Origin: Magallana gigas | Taxonomy: Eukaryota | Reading direction: 5' to 3' | Assembly: GCF_963853765.1 (NCBI RefSeq) | Contig: NC_088858.1 | Location: 29,636,001 to 29,700,000, forward strand | DNA: 64,000 bases | In this document: positions 12,232-24,477 of the stretch, piece after piece | How the letters are laid out: every line of letters starts with the position of its first letter | Numbering within the stretch: position 1 is the first letter of the stretch | Program-made: the position numbers and the translations under genes | Notes under the pieces: model-generated | Database searches by the model: none | What the model saw: the letters and a program-made list of their open reading frames with translations, nothing else | What the model was told of the DNA's origin: nothing

Positions 12232-12605
12232 CATACGATACGTGTAAAGTAATCATTGTAACTTACGAAAATCTTAAAAGACAAAATTAAAAATACTTAC
12301 AAAGTAGTATTTACTTAAAGAGGAATGCTTGCATACATATTTACGTATATGGTCTAAATTCTAAACTAATGTTCGGAGTTGGCTTGACTTGATTACACTG
12401 TATGCCATACCATGAACATTGCAGGATTGCTTATATTATTTTACATTTAAAATAATCCCTCTAACTACCGATGCGTATCGATAATTTATGAGTTTCTAAA
12501 TTTCAAATCAAAAAGTAAAAGCATTGAAACGTTAACGATAGACCACTACACCATCCGACAATATCAAGGTTAATTCATAATTGCTTGCGGAACAAGAAGT
12601 AATCA

Positions 12606-12677
12606 GCTTCGCGTCGGTTGACAATTGTTGTCTCGGGGTGTCAATTTCAACAGTTACCCTCCCAAACAGGCACTATT
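12606..12677 (-). mobile_element. Half copy (one arm) of the palindromic element found complete at 20548-20690
   Basis: GCTTCGCGTCGGTTGACAATTGTTGTCTCGGGGTGTCAATTTCAACAGTTACCCTCCCAAACAGGCACTATT is the near-exact reverse complement of 20551-20622. Confidence 0.85.
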
Positions 12678-12967
12678 GATATAATGCATCCTTTTCTGCT
12701 CGTCGACAATTATTACATGATGGTCACTGCCGCACTACAGGGCCCATAGGTGCTCAATTTTGACCCGAATCTCACTTTCAAAGAGTTACTTAATAACTTT
12801 ATAGTTGCCTGGGTTTTGTGGTTGACACCCTGTACCAGTGACACAGAGTTGTTGCACGTTGCACGTTTACAGACGTGACGTTTGACAAAGTGCGGGGTTC
12901 GGTTTTCAGTCCGAATCAAACTACTCTTATCTTTTTTCCTTCTTATGACTTCCTTCATGATAACGAA

Positions 12968-13660
12968 ATGGCACACCGAGGTATAATACCACTGCTGACT
13001 ATAAGTCTGATTTCTATACCGTGTCAAGCGAAATCTATAAAAAATACCGATGTCTTCACAAAATCCATACGTATGCCAAATGTCCGACCTCAAAAAGTAA
13101 GTAAGAGTAAATGTTGTCGTCATGAGCTATGTAAATAAACATTCCAGTCTTTGGAACCAGCACTTATTACTTTGGATATAACTTTGGTAGCGAAAGGTCT
13201 CTCTGTTCTAATGGAGCGTTTCCTTTCATCCGTTCCCGTTGATAAATCGTCACGTGAGAGAAACTCTTTTATAGTTCTATTTTAATTCAGAATTTGAAAT
13301 ACAATATTCATCTCCACGTTTTATCTGTAGTAGACACCATAATGTGTATACAAACGCAGATGAAATAAGAGAAACAAAGAAAAACTGATAAGACTACATG
13401 TGGAGTGTTTTTAAAAATGAATTCTAAATAAGTTTGTTAAGGAATAAAATTTATACGTGTACATATAAACAACTGTAGTCAGGGTATTCTATACATGTAT
13501 TTTACTCCTCGTTACTTTTCTCATACAATATTTGATTCGAATTGATTCTATGGAATGCGATGTAACAAATGGCTCTTTTGTCTTTAAAATAGGCTGACGC
13601 CCTTGTATGCCATGGTGTTAAGCTAGATGAAAGAGAGGCGTATATATGTGAGTCTTTCCC

Positions 13661-13717
<57 letters not shown>

Positions 13718-16305
13718 TGATAAAGAAAAGTCGTCCATTGAATAACTGTGTCTTTCAGTAAAGTATGAGCCCCACGCCTCAAAACAAGTAGCTCATCACA
13801 TGATGGTGTATGGGTGTGGTCATCCGGGCTCCACGGAGGACTCATGGTACGTAATCCCCTAGAACCTTAACCCTAGGGTATTCTGTCATCTCAAATAGAT
13901 GTACAGCATTATGCAAGCACATCATTTGGATACTTAAGACAGTGGTATTAAAATGAGTGAAAAAATATCAATTCGTGAAATAAGTTCCATATCCAGAAAA
14001 AATGAAGTAGGTTTTAAAATACTTGATAATCGAAAATTGCATTGCATTCACATTTATAAACACGCTTAAATCAGGGAGTGTGGAGAGATGGACGACAGGT
14101 CCGATGACTCGGTATGCCAAGATGGCCAACGAGAAATCGTGTACGCATGGGCAATGGACGCAGATTCACGCGCACTTCCGGAAGGTGAGTAAATTTTCGA
14201 ATTATAGTGATGGTCTACTGAACGTCACAGATGGCTATTCGTAGAGTTATTTTGTAGGTGTTGGTTTCCGCGTGGGCGGAAGTACAAAAATTAAATACCT
14301 GGTCATTCAGCTCCACTATAAAGGTGCATTTGAGGGTAAGTATTCCATATATACATTTATCATCATTAATTTTGCATTCTGCAGTATCAATTCATGATAA
14401 ACTTTGTTAAAGATTTTATTCAATCGTTTTAAGATTCTAAATTTGATGACTCTGGAGTTACGCTGACCATGACTTACACCCGGTGAGATTAATTTTCAAT
14501 TCGAATCATATACTTTTATGTTCATGATACATTTGGGATGTTGATGATTTATTTATGATGTTGATAATATATTTAGGATGTTGATGATTTATTTAGAATG
14601 TTGATGAGATATTTAGGATGTTGATGATTTATTTTGAATGTTGATGATTTATTGTGATATCTGGAAATGTGGTTTTTGTTACAGTTTGAGAGATGACGGT
14701 GTTTCATGATACCTTTTGAAACCCGAAATCTATCCAACAATGTTTGTTTTCATGTATCTTTAAAGACACAATGCTCTGTAATCTGAATAGATTGACTACA
14801 TGTATATAGTTGATTTACCATTACATAACAGCCAGCCTTTGCAAGCCGGATTTTACGTTTTGGGTAATTACGGATACATACCACCCATGATACAGAGTAA
14901 GTACCTGCCGTAATTATTATACACCTGTATATTATTAAGAAAAATCTATGATTTACGTAGCGTTAAACATCTTGTATTGTTGCAGATTTTCACATGGAGT
15001 CGGTATGTCAGTATACCAACTACACTATTCACCCGATAGGATTCAGGACACATTCCCATAATTTAGGTTGTTTTACACACACTGTATAGTCAGAAAAACG
15101 TTAATACTGTTCATTGCAAAGCCTCATGGGTAATAATTTAAATCTAAAACAAATACGATTGGTTGTAGGTGTAGTGACGTCAGCATACCGGATACGCGAT
15201 GGCAGATGGACGGAGATCGGACGGATGTCCCCCCAGCTTCCTCAGGTGCGAGTGTACTCAACAAAAATCAACCAAGAGTACGGTTAAACTCTAAGTGACG
15301 GTAAAGTTAACGAATCATCTAAGACATATTAACAAGAGTCCGTTTTTTTTTTCAATACAGGCTTTTTATGATGTGTACGCCCCGGGGATTGACATTCGCA
15401 AAGGAGACTTGCTGGTACCGAACTTGTACATATTTTCATGCTTTGCATTGGCTATAGGTTATCCCTCTTTGCACAAAGAATGAAAGTTTTCAAAGGCTAT
15501 CTGTTACTTTCATATGAACTACAGCTATGCAATGTTTTACAGGCGGCAAGATGTACGATGAGCAGTGACAGAACGTTCCCCACAAAGATCGGGTAAGTAA
15601 ATTGTATGCATCGTATCATACAATGGGTAAGATATGAAAATCATACACTAAGGTAGCTATAAGTAAGTGGTGTTTATTATACTAAGACCGGATAAGTTGT
15701 GTCTCGATGCTTAAATCGGGTATATTCATACTTTAGGATCGGGTACGTTTTGTCAGGCATACGTTAAAATCAGGATATTCTATAGTTATACGTTTAGATG
15801 GGGGTACCTTGCGTGTTTCAAACCGAGCCGAATCTTTGCGAATACAATAAAACTTTACCCCCCCCCCCCCCCCCCCACCACCACCACCAATTGCCTGGTA
15901 GGCACTGTTAGAGATTGCTAGGAGTTGTCATTATAAAAAAAATGGTGGTAACACACGACAAAGTTTTATTCAACCTCTGTAATATTTGTACACTCTTGCA
16001 AGAATAGTGACCGTAGTCACGTGACCACAGTCACATTTCATGCAGTCAACTGTAAATTCTGTAACCTTTCCGTACATTGGAATTAAATATATAATTTCAT
16101 TTTTTACATTAGCGCCACCAATAAAGACGAGATGTGCAACTTTTACATTCTCTACTCAACGGACAACACCAACACGCTGGACGTCCAATACTGTTTCCGG
16201 GATGCGCAAACGTTTCACTGGGCAGATTACCTCACCTCGATACCCCAGAATGCCAGCAGCACTGACGGATTACCAGTTTTCACACGAGAAGACCCGTATG
16301 CTTGA
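12968..16305 (+). CDS. PHM: Peptidylglycine alpha-hydroxylating monooxygenase, monofunctional, paralog 2; 12 coding exons, 342 aa
   Basis: Exons 12968-13096, 13593-13647, 13759-13846, 14075-14184, 14258-14335, 14434-14482, 14832-14896, 14986-15066, 15169-15245, 15361-15414, 15543-15592, 16113-16305 (1029 nt). All introns are GT-AG with the same phases as paralog 1. Signal peptide MAHRGIIPLLTISLISIPCQA. Motifs: MPNVRP, AHHMMVYGC, YAWAMDA, GVGFRVGG, IQLHY, FRTHSH, DEMCNFYILY. AATAAA at 16319-16324. Confidence 0.96.
13663..13712. repeat. (CT)25 microsatellite in PHM2 intron 2
   Basis: Direct reading of the sequence. Confidence 0.95.
14533..14657. repeat. 20-bp minisatellite (~6 copies) in PHM2 intron 6
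   Basis: Unit GATGTTGATGATTTATTTAG; unit starts at 14537, 14557, 14577, 14597, 14617 and 14637. Confidence 0.85.
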
Positions 16306-19300
16306 CTCACCTTGACACAATAAACATTAGATAATGCATCACTGATTGTTTTTTTTTCTTTTCTGTTTCCTACCTAGACGATTTATTTAACAGTGCTACT
16401 TGTTTGCATGTTGGATTGGTCATAGAACCTGAAGAACTGAGAGGTTCACAGGATGTTTCACATCAGAATCTTCTAGGACTTTGCGTTAGGTCACGTTCTG
16501 CACGAAACATACAATGTTTTTGCATTTCTAGACATCCTATTATGCCAGGTTGCATTCAATTCTTAAAGGTGCAATAAAGCAGCACACGTTGAAATAAGAC
16601 ACCTCAAAATTGAGCTCATTACCCAAGCTGTGTCTCATTCTTAATTTGATGAAACAATGTGAACAGTTGACATAGCCATTTAGGACTTTATTTCGTGGAT
16701 ATGATTGAATAGTGATATTGCAAGTGATCAAAGATTAAAAAATCTTAAACTTTTAATGAAATGATATTATAAAATTAACATATATTGGACGGAAAATTCA
16801 GTGTTTTATTTTGATTAATAAAACAATAAAATAGATAAATTTAGATTTAGAATTTACTATAATGTCTTTCAAACTTAGAGCAATCAATGACTGCAGATAG
16901 TTTTGCCGTATCTTTGGACCCTTCTCCATAACTTCATCGGGAATATTTAGAATTAGTATTATTCATGTAAAACAGAAAACCCACAAATGCAAACGCTCCG
17001 ACGAGCTTGGGATTTCGCGTAATATTGGAAACCACTTAATCGTGATTTCAAGTTCAAACACCGGTTAGAGACTTTTTAACACTGCCACAAAGCAGCACTG
17101 GCCCCTGGAGAGGAGCCGTCGTGAGGTCCTTGGAATATTCAATCAAAAGCCTGGCCGCACCATGCACTACCCAGCTCGCCAGGACTGTCAATAATGACCA
17201 GCGAGTAAAAGAGAAGAACTGTACAAAACGTGACATCTATTGGTGTCAATAGACCTGCCCCGTTGACCAGGCAATCTGAGAAGATCGCGAAATGTACATT
17301 TTCTCAAAAAGGCAAGCATTTTCATTTCGGTGGATGAACATTTTTCTTCGTTGAATTTTTTTTCTTCTAGAGCATATCTAGATTGAAATGGCATAAATAA
17401 ACCATTAAAAGTTAGATGATATTATAATTTTGATGGTTTTTCTTCTCAGGCTAGAAGGAATAGAAATAAACAAAACTACCTTGGTATGCTGTTTGAAATC
17501 ATAAATCATTTTGACAGAATAATTTGTTTGTGTGCTTTAATACTTATAATTGCTGCACACGAATGAATGTCTTGAATGTTTATTTCATTCAAACCATTTC
17601 AATGGTACATGAGATACAAAAAACAGAAATATTTACAAATGTACAAATGCACGAAATGAGCAGGCTTGGCCGATAGTGTGCAAATCCATGGACATTAAAA
17701 GAATATCGAATTTTACATGTATATTGTTCTAAGAGAAAAGAAGTATCCGCATAGCGCTTCTTAATAAGCTGTATTAATATAATTAAATTAAATTTGTTCT
17801 TGTAATATATGTATAAAAAAAACCCACACTTGAATATAATCTTTTTTACAATATTGTTTGGTCGGTTATTTTTAAAGAATATAAAAAAGCATTGCCTTTT
17901 CGTAATGATTTCTAGTGCGTTTCAGTGCTTTAAACTTGTGTTAAAGATATTTTGGAATAGCTATGCTTGTTTAAAATATACTTCTTAGTGAATTTATGAG
18001 TGGAGAATAGGAAATCTAATAGAACGTGCGACGTAGTCTTTGCTATAATTAGCCAGAATGGACGGTCTTGCCTACAGGAACAATTCTTTCATTAATCGTG
18101 GAAATTAGTTTCAAAGTGTTATAGAATGCCCGCGTTTGTCTGAGTTCTTGATTTTATCGACGGGACGTAATTTTTCAGTCGAAATTATTTTGGGACTTGG
18201 AACCTCACTCTTGATTGAACTTAGCAAGACAACAGAATGATTGTGATGTAGTTTTTGGTACGTTTTTATCGCTCTTTTGGGTTAATTCGTACTGAAACAG
18301 GTGAAACTCATATCGAAGTTTCGTCGATTTGTGACGGAAAAAAATCCCATTGTCATATAAACTATCGTTGTTTCAGAAGCAACTCTTTGTTTTTTTTTAT
18401 AGACAGAAAATTTTTGAGGCATTTTTAAGTTACAAACATATCAAATAAATTAAGCAGAGACGCGCATGTTTATGATTATTAAGCGTATAAAATCTTCAAA
18501 TAGGTGATTTAAGCTGTTCCCCATTTTTCTTATTTACAAAACAGCAAAGAGAATTTTTAAAAAAAAAACAAAGATAATATATCCTCGTTGGAATTAGAAA
18601 CAGATCATATGTAACCATTATTGTTTCTCGGAATTGCTCTCTACTCTTCTACCATGCAGCAATTCAGACAGACAAGCAGTCACCAATAGTGGCAATTCTT
18701 CATCCTTTGGAATCATCCCGACCGGGAGCTTCAAAGTCAAGCAATCATCTAGGTTTTAAAAAATTAATTCGAGGAGAAAAAATTGAAATTAATTATCAAC
18801 AAAGGCAATTGGGGATCTTTGAATTCCATTGGGTTACGAGTGAGATATTCCACTATTCTAGTCTCTCAACATCACACTTGATAAAGTGAATCAAGCGTTA
18901 CATGTCAAATGCTTCGGAGCAGGATTTGGTTTATTGCAAAGTAAATGGATTGAAAACTGCTGTTCTATCACAAAGAATTACAAATACTCTCAGCTGATTC
19001 ATAGTGGGTAAAGTGCAGAAAAAGACAACCGAAAAGTTTTTTCCTAATGTTTTTGAAATGTTTTGTCTGTTACATAGAATTTCAAAGTTCCTAGTCCATG
19101 CATAGGAAAAGTTACGCATGACAAACCCATCACAGAACTTTTCCAGAGTGAAATCTGATGGCCTTTGTAGACATTGATTTCCACACATTATCAACGCGCG
19201 GGATTTATTAGGCTTCCGTCATGGTTTCCTCTAAACATCGAAGACAGTATCAATTCAGAACGAATTACTATACAACTTTTTAATCTCTTTTTTTAAACTT

Positions 19301-20547
19301 TCAATTTTGATCGTTACAACAAGATAAATTCGTATTTAACGTTTCACCGTAAAGCATGAAGATACCTTAATGTAAAATATATTAATCATTTTAAAACTTC
19401 AATGCCGTGTAATCTGTATATTTGTAGAATTCCATCTGCATCACTGATGAAACTTATTGTATTCATGAAAAAAAATAATGACACGCGACTTTTGAATAAA
19501 TGATAACTCGTCAGACAGCTGAAATACTGGTACACGCAATACGGTTTCACATGCAAACAAGTTTATCCTGCATTTGTAAACCAGATTGCAGTGCAGTACT
19601 GCAAGTTCATTTGAGCTTCAAAAACCACGGACTGACCCCCAAATGCAATTCCTGACGGGATTAATTGTGTCACTCGGTGTACCAATGTCGACGTCTCAAT
19701 AATTACGATATGTGATGGGCTCGCACCTTACTTCCCAAGGACAGGTTCATAATTAGATTTTGCAAATGACATCGATGACTAATTAAAATTCATAACAGAG
19801 ATCATAAAAATATCCGTTAACAAAAGCATGACTAATGCCTCACAAATTATAGATGGAGAATGATAAAGGCGGAAAAAAAATGAAAGAAAAATGTTTTACG
19901 TTAATTTGAAAGGCTCTAGATAAAACACTTTTTCCAAGACACCGTGTACCTGTAAATTTCTGATGCTTTGACCGCCAGCAAACAACAAAAAACGCCGAAG
20001 TGTTGAATGAATAGTTTAATTTCAAAGAACTCTTAACTTATTTATAACAATCAAAGAATTCTAAACTTATCTAAAACAATTAATTTTTTTTAATTACTTA
20101 TATACATGTAGGTATAATAATCGAAAAGTTCTAACTTTATCTGTAACAAAAAAAAAAATAACAATCAAGGAATTCAAAACGTAACTAACAAATTGCACTA
20201 GATAAGTTAAGAACTCTTTTATCCTAAACTTTAAATGAAACAAACCCATTGAGGGTATTTTGTTTTTGTTTAAATAACAAAGGAAAGGAGACGCATCTTT
20301 TCATCATCAACTGTAAGAATGGTGCCACGTTCTGCTGGAGGTAGATAATGGCAGGCCTTGTATTATATCCAGAAGGTACCGAGACATAGACAATATACGT
20401 AAAGCATTGAAGAAACAAATCAGTTTGCTGTATAATTAACATGTCAAGGACCGGTCTATATTTTCTGTCTGAACAGAAGTATATAAAAAACAACTAGAAG
20501 TCATTATTCAGTAAGGGAAAAAAACCCGGTCTATCGGTTGTCATTAT

Positions 20548-20690
20548 ATAAATAGTGCCTGTTTGGGAGGGTAACAGTTGAAATTGACACCCCGAGAAAA
20601 CCATTGTCAACCGACGCGAAGCGGAGGTTGACAATGGTTTTCGAGGGGTGTCAATTTCAACTGTTATCCTCCCAAACAGGCACTATTTAT
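20548..20690. mobile_element. ~143 bp near-perfect palindrome, part of a non-autonomous DNA element (body may continue to ~20915)
   Basis: ATAAATAGTGCCTGTTTGGGAGGGTAACAGTTGAAATTGACACCCC...GTCAACC pairs with GGTTGAC...GGGGTGTCAATTTCAACTGTTATCCTCCCAAACAGGCACTATTTAT. The apex is GA-CGCGAAGCG-GA. A second half copy lies at 12606. Confidence 0.85.
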
Positions 20691-23168
20691 TTTGTTATAC
20701 TGAATGTCTTTTTTAAAATTTTTAAGAAAATTTTACTGCTTTTATATAGGAATAACGTGAATTCTACAGCGAACCGTACGCGCATAATTTTCGCGCATGT
20801 AACATTTTTTAATGTTACCCGTTGCCAAGTGCGTTGCTAACGCTGAGGGTAATAGTAAATATTATTAACTGCGTCTTAACCAATCAGATTTCAGTATTTA
20901 ACATGAAAGTATAACAACATTATTTGTGCATCACTGTTCAATAAGATAACGTTTATGGAAAAAGCGTTTACTTGTTACTCTTTTTCACAACCAAAAACCA
21001 TCAATTTGGTTGCAAAAAATCAAGTAGTTTTGCGGTAAATGATTTCTATATGCTATTTTTATAGGTGTTTTTAACCTTTTAAAACCATTTAAAAACTGCA
21101 ATTACAGATTTGCTTGTAAATATTAGGGAAAGATCAACTATAATAAAAAGTGCAGCAACAATTTGTATGAATTAAAATAGATATTCATAATGGAAAAGCG
21201 ATGAAAAAAGCTAATAATCATAGACCAAAAAACTTATTTTTAATTGAATGTGCATGTATTTCAGCAATAGGCATTCATTATTTCACTTGTTCAACGACAC
21301 AAAAGTTTGTTTTTTTTTTCACCGGATTTTTTTAATATAAAAGGAGAGTCGCTGGTGGTTGTGTTGTTTTCTATGCCGACGTGCAGCAAATCTTAGTCAC
21401 ACATGTACATGTATGCATTTACATTTGGATTGTTCAAATACCAGAAGAAGTCGTCTTGATGTTTTCTGTCAAAATTTGACTACATATACTTCACATGTAG
21501 TTATTTGTTAGTGGAATGCACAATGTATCAAAATAATGGATGCAGTAAATGTAGCCTATTGAATGAAATATGTATTTATAGAAATATTTTTATTTTCATA
21601 AGAAACGTGAACTTCTCAGCTTCGGTCATTTGTTTGTATTTAGAGTCCGCTCTTAGGATTTTCAGTACCTTACTACATCTACCAATGCTCGGTATCAGAG
21701 ATTTGTATGTAAAACATATTGGTTTTTAAAAAAAGAAAAATGATAAATAATCTTGATTTGCGTGTCAGTAAAGACTTGGGTAAAATAATAAATACTTCAC
21801 TCTAAATTTTTTTATTTGTATTTCATAATGGATTAGGAAAGTAATGTTTTTTGTTTTTTGTTTTGTTTTTTTTTTTTGGGGGGGGGGGGTTACAGATAAA
21901 CGAAGCAAAGAGAAACTAATGTTCATTCGATTCATAAATTGCTCATATGAAAATGAGAATAATGTTTGTTACGTATATATCCATTTAGGGGAGGAGAAAA
22001 CCTAGTTTAATTTACATCCGACAACTTACTCTGTGTACGCTCTGGTATCGATTGCTAAGAAAGACCAGTATGTCTGCTGCACAGGATATATATAAAGTAC
22101 ACCCTGTTGTTTCGAGGACAGCAGTTACTTGATCTTTGTACATTAACTTAAATAATTTACAGTAGTACCCATCATAATAGAGACTGTGTAAAATGAGAAG
22201 AAAGACAAAAGATTTCAGAGACACGATAAACTCATTACAATTAACTTGTTTTTTCGGATCGATCAATTTTCTGATCATAGTTTAATGCCCCAGTTTTTAA
22301 CTTTTACTTTCAAGAACAATTACTGTAATTAAATCAATCATGTTGTACTAAGAATTTCTTGGGGGGGGGGGGGGGGAGCATTGGTTATTAAGGGGACTGG
22401 ATGGGCGTGGCAATTTTTGACCGAATCGATTTTCTTAAGAAGAAGAGCTCCGTATAAGGAAATGTAACTCAGTACTCAAATTGAAAAGCTTAAATGAAGA
22501 TTTATGGAATTTTCCTTCACTAACTAAGAGGTCGTAGTTAAACATATTTTTAAAATGATGGGTAGACCAAGCTCCCTGACTTGATGAGGTAGTGGCCAAC
22601 GAATTGATTTTAACGCCAACTCCTTGTCAAAACTAAGAGAGAAAAAATGAGTTTCATACAACAATTTCAATTTTTTCTGTGTTAACATGTATGTACATTG
22701 ATATTTAACTTGATTTCTTATTTAAAAAATTATTCTCACAAATGTTTGTATTGTTTTATACCCAGTAAGACAGTTTATATTTTCATATGAACAACAATAA
22801 TTTTGTTAAGAAATGTAGTAAAAATTACAGAGTTTATGTAAATATTTGATAGAAAATCCCAAAGCGGTGATTCCGGAAAGCCATGACATGGAGGCTTCAA
22901 TATGTGATTGCAAGGTCCTCCTAATCTGAATATAGAATCCCTATTTACATTTAAATGAAAGAATTGCTATGGATTTGATGCCATTTGATTGTATGCACTG
23001 ATTTAAAGAGAAGCGTGCGATATAATCAAGGACTGTTATGTTGCAACTCATTAGCAGAAAATTGTGGCATTCAAGGAAATTATCCAGACACTAATTTCGT
23101 AAATTTTGCAAATTATTAAACTGGGAAATGTTCAAACAAACAAATTATGTAGAATCGAATGCACAAAA

Positions 23169-23171
<3 letters not shown>

Positions 23172-23247
<76 letters not shown>
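23172..23247. repeat. (AG)~38 microsatellite
   Basis: Direct reading of the sequence. Confidence 0.95.
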
Positions 23248-23250
<3 letters not shown>

Positions 23251-24094
23251 TTTTCAGCTTTTTGTTTGAACTAATTTCTTGTAAATATGAAAGTACAAGT
23301 TGCTGTCCTTTAAAAATGGACTACAATACGTGGACCATTTGCAAGTGTTTCCAACGAAAACGTGAAAGCCTTAAGATTATCAGAGATTCATATCCGACTC
23401 TAGCCGCCTACTTTTAACCACTAAATTTGTACGTTGTATCACGTATAGTCCTGACTTTTTATCTCAGAGTTTAAAGGGTTCATACTTCTAAAATAATTAT
23501 GATCTATATTAATGAAGATTGCATGTATAGTATTAGGCGAATTCTACTATTTGCGCACACATTATGCTTTGCACCACTTTGCACTTTGTTAATTATGCAG
23601 TGACAGCTTTGTGCAAATTAATTTCATATTTGGATGCATTATTTTGAGATTTTAACTTTTACACAGTGACATAATTATTCAATCGTCTATTATATACAGT
23701 CACATTATTATTCAATCATACTTAAATGCATAAAAATTTTTAATCGAGAAGTACTCTAGCCTCGCCTTCTGTAAAAGTAAAGTTAAGCTACAACAAAACA
23801 TTGCAAATTATGCTATAACATTTATTTATTTCATAATACTGACAGCTCATATCACATGCCGATCATTTTTTTTAAAAAAGGAATACTTTGTTTTTGTACT
23901 GTTTACCGACAACTTTACAATTACAGCGCCTTTGAACTTATGTGTGCATATGGCACGGAATCCCGATCCCGATTCAGATAAACGTGTGCTAGCCTAGTTC
24001 CCTGAGCTACCCATTACGCACAGGAATCAGGCTAGCTCATGCGCAGGCTGAATTTTCCCCACAGCAACCGGTTTAACCACACTTATATATTTTC

Positions 24095-24118
24095 TGCGTG
24101 GACCCCAGGGTCCACGCA
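24095..24118. other. Isolated perfect GC-rich hairpin, probable Helitron-type terminal hairpin
   Basis: TGCGTGGACCC-CA-GGGTCCACGCA (11-bp stem), flanked by T-rich and A-rich sequence. Confidence 0.45.
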
Positions 24119-24477
24119 ATAAATCATGTCACGGGCAAACTGGGTATTAACTAATGCTTGTACATGTATATGTTTGAACTATAAGTTTTCCAATAAACTA
24201 TAAGATTAAAACTGTATGTAAAAAGTTTCAGATATCAAATATCGAAATTATTGGAATCAAATAAATGTTATCTTATATGTAAAACAAGAGGGTGTCGTCA
24301 ATTTAATGCAGGATTAGAAAGAAGCACACTTAAAAACAATTACGATCAAAACAAAGCCTTGGAATTTGTATATTTTGAACGTGTCTTTATTTACATGGCG
24401 TTAATAAAGATCACTTATAAAAAAAACTTCGTCTGAAATTAAAAAAAATACCTTATCGTATTTACAACAAAAGATGA

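Noticed and set aside
9990-13600. Read-through splicing fusing PHM1 to PHM2 into a Lymnaea-style multi-PHM protein
   Set aside because: The only donor-like site noticed in the PHM1 last exon (CCG G|gtattt) is phase 1, while PHM2 exon 2 needs phase 0. Both genes have their own stop, polyA signal and signal peptide.
22010-22150. Frame containing YVCCTGY, reminiscent of EMI/MEGF CCxGY motifs
   Set aside because: No further Cys pattern, no convincing splice sites, and an early stop.
23106-23417. RE-repeat ORFs (also 13618-13845)
   Set aside because: Artefacts of (AG)n/(CT)n microsatellites.
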